64,000 bases of DNA. Origin: Camelus dromedarius (taxonomy: Eukaryota). Every line of letters starts with the position of its first letter. Position 1 is the first letter of the stretch. The position numbers were made by a program, and so were the translations under genes. Shown one piece after another: positions 37,211 to 46,608 of the stretch. The notes below the pieces were generated by a model. The model worked only from the letters and a program-made list of their open reading frames with translations, was not told where the DNA came from and ran no database searches. The DNA is taken from assembly GCF_036321535.1 (NCBI RefSeq), contig NC_087447.1:43154001-43218000 (forward strand). Reading direction: 5' to 3'.

Positions 37211-37695
37211 ATATGCATATGCCAGTGTCTTGAAACACAAAGAAAAGCTTAGGAATCCCTCCAGATTTAAGTAGACTAAACCTGACAACTGAATGAAATG
37301 CATGATCCAGACTTTTGTTTTGCCATAAATGATATTATTGGGGAAAACTGATGAAATCTGAATGAGGTCTGTAGATTAGATAATGGTATTGGATCAGTGA
37401 TCATTTCCTGGTTTTGATCATCATACTGCTATTATGTGAGAGAATGTCCTTGCTCTTCAGAAATATACACCAAGGTATTCGGGGTACAGGGGCTTCATGT
37501 CTGAAACCAACTCTCAAAGGAGTTAGGGAAAAAATTATAGGAAGGGAGTGGGGGAAGTGGATAAACAGGGAAGGATAAAACAAATATGGTAAAACATTCA
37601 TATTTAGAGAATCAGGGTAAAGGGTACACAAGCATTCCTTCTTTTCTTGCAACTTTCCTGAAAGTGTGAAATGTTGTCAAGATAAAAAGTTAAAA
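36975..37695 (+). mobile_element. L1MC/L1ME-type 3' end, interrupted by a younger SINE
   Basis: ataactggccgcactcttcaaaaatg...[SINE]...gaaacacaaagaaaagcttagg...gaaatctgaatgaggtctgtagattagataatggtatt...cttgcaactttcctgaaagtgtgaaatg. Confidence 0.75.
37030..37212 (+). mobile_element. Full-length tRNA(Ala)-derived SINE (camelid Vic-1-like) with (TAAA)n tail and target-site duplication
   Basis: GGGGAGGGTACAGCTCAGTGGTAGAGCACATGCTTAGCATGCACGAGGTCCTGGGTTCAATCCCCAGTACCTCC carries A and B boxes. The tail is A-rich with (TAAA)n. Flanking TSD ATGCCAGTG(C/T)CTT at 37016-37028 and 37219-37231. Confidence 0.9.
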
Positions 37696-38749
37696 GAACA
37701 AGAAAACAAGTGTCAGAACAGGGAAGGCATCCCAGAGAGCGTATTAACAATGCTACCAGCTCCTGTCTGCTGGTCCCATCTGGCTGCCAGACCCTGTGCC
37801 GGGCCCTCCTGTGCAGAACCTGATTCTCTCCTCAGCACAGTCTGGTGGAAGGAGACGAGGGTGGCCCCCATTTCACAGATGCACGTCAGAAAGGTGAAGG
37901 GCTTTGCGCCAGGTCCTCTGGCTACTTGGGCCTGTTCCCAGACTAGAAAGTAGGCTCTCTGAGTTCACGGTCTGTGCTCTTAGCCTCAGCCCTGCTGTTA
38001 CCCTGACCTCTGGGGGAAGAGTGCAGTGGGCAGGGTAAGGCATTCCTTCCTGGAGCAGTGGTGGAAGGAAAGCCCTGGGACAAAAGCAAACCGGATCCAC
38101 TTGCAGGATGGAAAGGGATATTATTCCTGGATTCTGCAGGGAGCAGAGCCAGCAGTGCCAGGCAGGGCATACTGACATGTGGGAGGGGGCCTCAAATGCC
38201 AGGTGGAGTGGCCAGTGGTGGCCACAGTGGCTTCCAGCAGGGGAGCCGCAGGGCGTAACCTGGGGTTACCCGGGCCTGGATGGGGTGGGCATTCTGGGGA
38301 GGAGGACTGGCCTCGGAGGAGCTCACTGGAGGGTGGATGGGATGCTCCACAGCCAGCTCAGTGTTCTGTCTAAACTGGAGGCATCAGTGGGACCGGGAGC
38401 CAGTGGTCTTGGCAGTTTGGAGAAGTCCAAGTGCCGGGTCTGAGGGGTAGGCTGGCCTGGGATAGGTGGGCAGAAGTTGCTAAGGTCTTGGGTCTGGCCC
38501 GGCAGACCACTCTGGGGAGGGGTGCGGAAAATGCTGAATGACCTCTGGCAGTCCCTCCCGATCACCCGGACTGTCTGGCTTTTCCCCAGATTAAAGAGCT
38601 GAGGGTAAGTGTCTGGCAGCCAGATGAGTCAGACTGGGAGGCTGCCTCCTTCCACCATCAGCCTGCCCAGGGTGGAGGCGGGGTAGGGGTTTGGCCCATC
38701 TCCCCTCAGATGTCATCCCCCTCATACCCCCAGATTTGGGGGAACACAT

Positions 38750-39050
38750 GGGCTGCGTGAATTGGTTTATTTTGCTGGGTCCCATGTGTGCGCCTAAGCT
38801 TGAGCCCACACACGCATGCAGGGGCAAACGTTGCCCATTGTAAAATATCAGTGTTTTCATGGGTGAGTAGTAATTACTGGGTAATGCTTTAAAACCTTTC
38901 CTGAAGGAGCGCAAAGCTGGTTTTTTCTAAAGTCAGGAGTACATTAAAAGGATTACCATGTAGATTTGATTTTTAGATAACACTAAAATGGATCCCAAAT
39001 GGACTTCAGCAAAGGGATGCTATCTCCTTAATGGAAAGTGCATGGCCCGA
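38750..39050. promoter_or_regulatory. Intron-1 enhancer-like block with AGATAA GATA site (38975-38980)
   Basis: Repeat-free AT-rich block ~3.1 kb upstream of exon 2 containing TTTTTAGATAACAC, TAATTA and TATCT motifs. The position fits the known human LMO1 intron-1 GATA enhancer (inference). Confidence 0.6.
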
Positions 39051-42000
39051 GGCTCAGCTCCCAGAGCGGGGCAGGGGAGGGAGGGAGGGAGGGAGGGAGG
39101 GAAGGGGTGTCTGCAGGGCCGACTGGCAGGCTGGGTGGAGGCTGGGGAGGCAGAACAAGGAGGGAGAATCTGGACCCTCTGGGGAGCATCCCGCTCTATA
39201 TGGGGAGAAAGAGATTATAGATGCCCCCCCATAAAGCCCCTTCACCTTTCCAGGAGTGTTTTCAAGTCTCCTGGACTAGCCCAGTAAGAGCATACAATGT
39301 GGGTGTTCCGTAAAGAAGGAAGGGGTAAGTTTGACTTCTCCCAGGACCTCAGCCTTTCCAGGCAGAAAGCTTAAAGTACCCTGATGCCCTGGGACCTCCT
39401 CAGCCAGACTGGCCCTGGTGTTCAATGTCTCAGTGGATGTCAAGACACTGGCAGAAGCCACATGGCTTCTTAAGAGTTCTCCATGGGCCAGGAGCATAGT
39501 CCAGCACCCTAGAGCAGGGTGTGCAGGCTTTACAGAGCACCTGCTGTGTGCCAGGCCCAGCCTGGGGGACCTGCGGGAGCATGTGGCTTTGTTCCTTGTG
39601 GCCTCCCTGGGTCCTCTAGGTGGCCGGTCCCACCGGTGATGGAATTGCCAGCTACCACGTGGTCCATAGTTCTGCAGGCTCAGCCTACCCAGGAGCCAAG
39701 CCAGATGGAAGATAGAGCAGCAGGACAGACACTCCTAGTGCTCCTTCATTTGGGGGAATAAGGTAGTGGGCCAGCTGTATCCCCTGAGTAAGGATGTTCC
39801 CAGCCACTCATGCCCCTGCCAGCAATAGCACAAGTATAGAGCCCTGGGAGGGCTCGGGACTGCCGGGAAGGGAGCCAGGCATGCTGCCAGCCCAGAAGAG
39901 CAAGGGGAAAATCAGCCTTGAGGGGACTAGATAGAGGCTTGGCCTGAGGTTTTCCAAACAAATTCATATGCATAGCAATGCTGGCTGGGCACTCCCTCCA
40001 CAGCCCCAGGACAGTAGTTTTACCCTGGGAGCCCTCAGACCTCCCCATGTCAGCTCTTTGAACCCCTCCCCCACTTGCTGTCTGTGGCCAGGCCTTGGAA
40101 GGAGCCCCTCAGGGCCCCCTTGGCTTTCAGGGATGCCTGCCCCCCAGCTGGCCTCAATGGACGACTCACAGCTCTGTGACAGGGCAGGCCCTGGTCGGAG
40201 GAGATACAGGCAGGCCTAGGGACAGAGTCATCCTGAGCCCCATCTCTCTCTCAGACCAATTAACCTTTATAGCTGCATTAAGGAAATTAGGCAGTGAACT
40301 TCCAAGCTAACAGATGGGCCCTGCGGGGACTGGAGGCAGGAGGAAGGAGCAAGCCCATGGCAGCCCGCTCTGCGTCCTCCCGGCCCTCACCTGTCCTGCT
40401 GCTCCTGAGTCCCAGAGAGCCACCCCATCTCCAGGAGAAGTCTGAGGAGGCTGTGAGGCTGAGAAAAAGCATAGGAGGAAGGAAGGACCCCAGGGGCTGG
40501 CTTGATCAGTGGCTTACACCAGCCCCTTGGACCGCCTGGGCCTCAGCTTTGCCATCCATAGAATGAGAGCATTTGCCTGTAAGAACTCTGAGGGCCCCTC
40601 TGACCTGACATCCGTGGATTCAGAGCCAGAGGTCCTTTGGAAGCCGGTTCTCCCCTGAAGCCTGAGGAAGGGTCACAACCTGGAAGAGGGAAGGGAAAGG
40701 AAGCAGCTCAGACCCTGGGCTAGGAGAGTGGGGGGGGGGGGGGCAGGAAGGAGAGGAGGGGTGCCAGGGGCTGGGAGCTGAACCCAGAGCCTTGGAGACT
40801 ACAGGGTTCCTTTGGAGACAATGGGCCCAAGAGGAGGGCAGGCTTCAGGAGCTTGCTGGAAAATCAAGGAGGCACTAAGGAGCAAGCTGTTCCCTCCAGA
40901 GGTGCCCCCTGCCTCCACCTGGGCCTTGGTCAGGGAAAGACCACGCCAACCCCCACCACCTTTATGAGGAGCTCTTAGACAAGTCTCACAGGCAACCCTG
41001 CTGTCCAGCCGGGCTCTGAGACCCTGCACTTCCCTCCAAGCCTGATCTCCACTACACGCAAGCCTCAGGGCTTCCGTGGATGTCCAGGCTCCAACACGAC
41101 ATCTGTCCCCACCTCCTTCTCAACTGCCCCTCCCTGTGGCCTCAGAACTGGGGGCCAGGAGCCTGTGCCTCTGTGCAGACATGCCCACGCCTGCACGCTG
41201 TGCCTGTGTGCATGGGGTGCCCGTGAGTGTGCACACTGGCCTTCTGGGAGGTCTGCCCCTCCCCCTGCTGAAGGCCATGCCAAGAGTCCTGCCCTTTATA
41301 CTTGCCGCTTCCTCGTATGTTGGGAAGCTCACATGGCTTTAGGAGAGGGCCAGCGTCTCAGAGATTCTTATCCTGCTAGGAGGAGTACAGATGCAGAGGC
41401 ACAGAACTTCCCCTCCCTCAAGCAGGCCAGGTAGGAAGTTTGAATCTAGCTAGAAACACTCCTAAAGAGAGCCCCAACTAGGCGAGGCCCAGCTACCTCC
41501 CTGCGCACACCTGCCAGGAGCTGCTGAGCTCCTGGTCCACCCGGGAGTATCATACCAGCATCTCGCTTTCTTCTTGACGCCTCCGCAGTTCTACGTGAAT
41601 AGACCACGAGGCTGTAGCCTGACGTACTGGGTTAAAATGGTCCAGCACACAGCAGTGTGAAGATGTCTTGAAGTGGAAAAAGATTCTGGAGCTCTAGGGG
41701 ACCCCAAGCCCATGGCGAAAGACCACTCTTAGGGCTGCCGAAAGAGCCAGTGGGATGGTAGCTGCATGAGAAGACCTCAGGCCTGCTGTGGCTAGGGGAC
41801 AGAGCCTTGGGGCTCATTGTGTGTCCTGCAGCAGAGCAGGCGCGGGGCTCCTGCAGCTTCTGGAGGGACCATCACAGGACAGAGGAGGAGGCCATGCCAG
41901 GCAGCCCACAAGACAGGACCCAGGGCCAGGGGAGGTGGTTGCTGGGGAGACAGTGAGGGCTCCTGGGAACCCCAGCCCTGGAGGGTGCAGCAAAGAAAAG

Positions 42001-42074
42001 CAGAGGGATGTGCCCCAAGACCAGGAGTCGGGGGGCCCGCCGTGTCCATATGTCTGTCCTCTGTCCATCTGTAG

Positions 42075-42288
42075 GTGTGCCGATGCTCTCCGTCCAGCCC
42101 AAAGGGAAGCAGAAGGGCTGTGCGGGCTGCAACCGCAAGATCAAGGACCGCTACCTGCTGAAGGCCCTGGACAAGTACTGGCACGAGGACTGCCTCAAGT
42201 GTGCCTGCTGCGACTGCCGCCTGGGCGAGGTGGGCTCCACCCTCTACACCAAGGCCAACCTCATCCTATGCCGGCGTGACTACCTGAG
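42075..42288 (+). CDS. LMO1: LMO1 exon 2 (LIM domain 1)
   Basis: Acceptor ctgtag|G, donor AG|gtgagc; 214 nt. Encodes [71 protein letters not shown]. Confidence 0.98.
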
Positions 42289-44609
42289 GTGAGCTGCCCC
42301 CACCGCCCCATCTGCACCCCCAGCCCTTCCACTCAGAAAGCCCCTCCTTCAAGGTCAGCGCGCCTCTGCCTGCTGTAGCCCCAGGACCCCGTCTGCACTC
42401 ATCCCCGCCCCTGCCCTGCCCTGCCCCTTGGACTCGGTGCTCAGCCTGGTTCCTGGGCAGGCCTTTGTAGCCATTGGGCACCTGAGAGAAGCTTCCCAAG
42501 GGCACTAGCCGGGCTCTGGCCCTGTCTTTGCCCAGGGTGGGCACTTCTGACCCACCCTGTCCCTGGAATCTGGGAAGGGATGCCTTGGAGGGGCTTCTAG
42601 GAGCAGGTGGGGAAGCATTGACTTCCCTGGGCCCCTCTGGCCTGATGAAGTCTCCTTCTCAGTCTCCCCGATGCCCAGCTCCCCTACTTCCAGCTGGGCC
42701 CTGGGATTAGACAACCTCCCAATGCCTGGGAGATAACCAGACCCTAGAAAAAGAACCGCTGATGTTGGAGCTTAAAGACCTGGGTTTGAATGAGTTCAGA
42801 GCCTCTTGGCTCCTAATCTCCCCCAGCCTCAGTTTACCCTTCTGTGAATGGTGAAAAGGCTACCACTTCCCTGCAAGGCTCCATCCCACCCTCCCCCGCA
42901 ACCTGGATCCTACTCCCTGGGGCTGCCTCCCCCAATTAACCCTCCCTTAGGCCGTCTGTGACATCAGCGAGGTTGGAAGGAGGCCACGAAGCGGGAGGCT
43001 TGGCTGAGACCCAGCATCTGCATTTGGCTCCCTTGCCGGCTGCTGGGTGGCTGCCGGGCCTTGCGGCAGGCCCATCGCATTAATTAATAGGTCGGGGCCA
43101 GGACTTGGTGGGGCTCCCTCTGCTCAGGACTGGCCATGTTGGGGAAGAGGGAGGGGTTAGCAGCGGAGGCTTCCCTGTTTCCCCAGAGAGCCTAAGATTT
43201 ACCTGCCTGCACCTTCTCTGTTAACTTCTGCCTTTTGCCAGAGTTGGTTTTTTTTTTTTTTTGGTGGTTCAGTAAACCACGATGTGTGTCTCAGTGTCCC
43301 TGGCTGGGGCTGGAGGAGAGATGTGGAACCAGGGGGAGGGGTTAAGGCTATTTCTGGGGACTCACCCCTCAATGACCTGGAAGGGACCTCCAAGTCTGGA
43401 GTTTAGGATGTCACCTGGGGGCCGAACCTACTAGATTGAGGGGAGGCGACAGACCCCGTGACGAGACCACAGGACTTCAAGATGGGCTTGTGAGCAGAGC
43501 CCAAGCACTCTGGGCCCTTCCAGCTACTAGAGCCTGAAGATATTTTCCTGGGCTCTGGCAGAGACCAAGGAATGACTGGGGCCAGGTAGGCCAGTGGCCC
43601 GGGGTGGAAGTGGGGCTTCCTTGAGCAGCTCAGCCCCAGAGAATGGCTGTCCAGAACCTGTTCCCTCTGCGGACACTGCTCATTGGACTGGTGGCAGGAA
43701 AGGCCCCTCTTGGCAGGCAGATGCTGTGGTCCAGCCTTTGTCTGCTTTAATCTGAGCCACCAGGCAGCTCAGGCCGATGAATAATGGAGCCAAGCTCATC
43801 TGCAGGCGCCTGAGCTTGAGCTGGACAAATCAGGGATTAGAGGGCCTCCCACCCACCTCTCAGCCCCCTTGCCTCACTTGGAGCTTGCTCTGCTAGTGTG
43901 CAGAAAGGAAGCAAGGAGGAGCCAGGCTGGCTCAGACCACTGGAACGTCCAGCCAAGGACTGGCCCGTATGGGGAGGGAGGGATCTCCCTGTCCTTAGAG
44001 CTTTGCAACCAGCAGCTAAAAGGAGGGGTGCCTGCCCCAAAGAGGCATCGTGCCAGATGTCCTTGGAACTTCCTTTTGGCATCAGTACTGTTTTAGAAGC
44101 ATCTTTGAACAGGATCATCTGGTCCGGCACCCCCATTTTAAAGAGGGATTAACTGAGGTCCAAGAAGAGGAAAAAGGGAGTTAGGCAAGTCACACCATGA
44201 GTTAGTAGCAGAAAAAGACCACCCCAGAAAGTTGCCGTCAGGATGAAATGAGTTGATCTTTGGAAAGCCCTTTGAACAGTGCCTGGCACATGCCTACACA
44301 CTGTGTAGGCATTTAATAAAGGAGTTGTGACTGAGTTTACAGAAGTTTTCACAAGCCTGTGAAGGATGTATTTTAATCCCCATTTTACAGTTGAAATAAA
44401 TGAGGCTCAGAGAGACTCGGTGACTGGCCTAAGGACACATAGCCCATGATCGGCAGACTACCTCTAAATTCAGGCTTGTATGCCCTTGCTCAGAGCCCAG
44501 CCTAGTGTTCTTCTGGTGTAGGCAGGTGGGGCCCTGGGTGGAAGCAACTCCCCTGTCCCCCCTAGCTCCCTGGCAGGCCCCTGAACCCTCTGCACCCTTC
44601 CCTCTGCAG

Positions 44610-44735
44610 GCTCTTCGGCACCACAGGAAACTGTGCCGCCTGTAGCAAGCTGATCCCAGCCTTCGAGATGGTGATGCGGGCCCGGGACAACGTATATCAC
44701 CTCGACTGCTTTGCCTGCCAGCTCTGCAACCAGAG
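44610..44735 (+). CDS. LMO1: LMO1 exon 3 (first part of LIM domain 2)
   Basis: Acceptor ctgcag|G, donor AG|gtgagt; 126 nt. Encodes [42 protein letters not shown]. Confidence 0.98.
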
Positions 44736-45504
44736 GTGAGTGCCCGACTATAGCAGACCCAACACACTCAGCAGACCCCAGCTGGCACCTGCTGCCACAA
44801 ACCAAGGGTCCCATGGAGGCGTGCATGCAAATGTGGGTTCTGTGTGTGTGTGTTGTTTGAGCGTGTATATGCATGTGTGTGTTTTATGTATACCTGACCC
44901 CTGGAGCCATATGTGTGCACTCCAATACCTTACATGCATGTTTGGAGAGAGTACAGCTCTGTGCGAATGTAATGGATGGGGCCAAGCATGAACTGTGTGC
45001 ACAGTACGTGTCATGTCCATGCGTGTATTTTTAAATGCCCATGTACCAAGAGGGTCTTGGTGTGCTGTATGTGCATGATGAGTGAGTATTCCTGTGCATG
45101 CATGTTTTAAATGTGCATATACAAGGGTTCTGTGTGCATGCCCTGTGCCCTGTGTGTGTAGGTTCTGGTGAGAAGGGTTCCCAGACCTGGAAGGTGAAAT
45201 TCCCCTGGGGAACGGTCACTCACTCCTGCGATTCTGGTTCCAGCCCAGCCTTCTTTCTGGTCTTTTGGCCCCTACTCTGTGCCCCTAGTCCTGTGGGAGG
45301 CCCCAGGGAACTAAGGATCCAGAGCCCTTCAGCCCTGGCTGGGGTCTAAGCCCCAGAAGACAGGCCCGTATCTCAGGAGTCCCCAGTTCAGGAAGGAGCT
45401 CATACAAGTGTTCCCAGAGGGTGAGGTCCAGAGGGACCTGCAGGGAACACTGCTTTGGCTGGGACTCTGCCCAGACCTGCTGCCAGGAGGGCTTGGTGAA
45501 GTTG

Positions 45505-45523
45505 CAGTGCCACCTGGTGGTTG
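45505..45523 (-). promoter_or_regulatory. Candidate CTCF site (reverse) in intron 3
   Basis: The minus strand reads CAACCACCAGGTGGCACTG, a strong match to the CTCF core. Confidence 0.6.
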
Positions 45524-46256
45524 AAGTGGGATCTTCTGGGACTGTGGCTGTGACCCTGGGGTCCCACTAAAGGCCTCAGACACCCTGAGGACATCTTTGA
45601 GAGGGGGAGCTGAATCCTCCAGTACTTGAGAAGGACTGGGAGGGGCAGGGGGGCAAAGCAGGGCCTTCTTTGGATAGGAAAGAAGATGGCGGGACAGAGT
45701 CACCTCCTCCTGGAAGGATGCTCTAGGAAGCCCACAGCACAGGTTCTGTTTAGAGGAAGATTGCCCTTCACTGAGCCACTTCCTTAAGCTGGGGAGGGGA
45801 ACAGAGGGTTGGGAAAGTGAGCCATTTTATCCCTTCCTCCTTCCGCATCTCCACCTCCCCCCTCCCCCCTCCCCCCCTCTTGGTCTTGTCCTGTTTCTTT
45901 GTCCTTCTCTTTCTCCTTCTCTGGGACTGGGATACATTATTCCTACACCTTCCCACCAACTCCATCCCTGCCCCCACCTCCATGAGAGCCCTGGCTATGG
46001 AAGGCCTTGGCCCAGGCTTGTCTGTCTGTCCTACACCCTAGGCTGCAGGGCCTGGCCGAGGGCTGGGCTGACCCAGAGTGACTGACCGTGTTTGCCGTGA
46101 GACTTTCAGGGATCCCCTCTGGAAGGTTCAAGGAGCACACTCGCCAGGACCTCACTTCCCATATATCCACCTCCTGGGCTGGGCAAGGTCAGGTCTGGAG
46201 CCCCCACCATCCACTGGGACCCCTCCATGGCCTCTTTCTCTGCTTGGATTTTCTAG

Positions 46257-46362
46257 ATTTTGTGTGGGAGACAAATTCTTCCTGAAGAACAATATGATCT
46301 TGTGTCAGATGGACTATGAGGAGGGACAGCTCAATGGCACCTTTGAATCCCAGGTTCAGTAA
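46257..46362 (+). CDS. LMO1: LMO1 exon 4 coding part (end of LIM2 and stop)
   Basis: Acceptor ttctag|A; 106 nt. Encodes FCVGDKFFLKNNMILCQMDYEEGQLNGTFESQVQ then TAA. Confidence 0.98.
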
Positions 46363-46602
46363 CGCCCGGCACCTGGCCTCCAGGCCCATCTGCCCGCCTG
46401 CCCACCCGCCTGGCCAGCCAGCCACTCTCCTGCGGATTAGAACGCCTCCGTCCTCGATGGGTGGGACGGCCCTTCCTCCACCGCTGCCCGTCTGTGTGTG
46501 ATCCCTCCTGGGGCCAGGCTGGGCCTGTACAGTCTGTCTTCTGTATATAAATGGGAACATTTATTTTATGAGAAATGTAATGCAATTTTATTACTGGCGT
46601 GG

Positions 46603-46608
46603 ATTAAA
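46603..46608 (+). terminator. LMO1: LMO1 polyadenylation signal (ATTAAA)
   Basis: ATTAAA ~240 nt after the stop, preceded by an AU-rich tract with UGUA elements. Confidence 0.75.

Noticed and set aside
44810..45160. TG/CA-rich alternating purine-pyrimidine stretch in intron 3 (similar one at ~35720-35990)
   Set aside because: Decayed low-complexity microsatellite; common, with no further structure.
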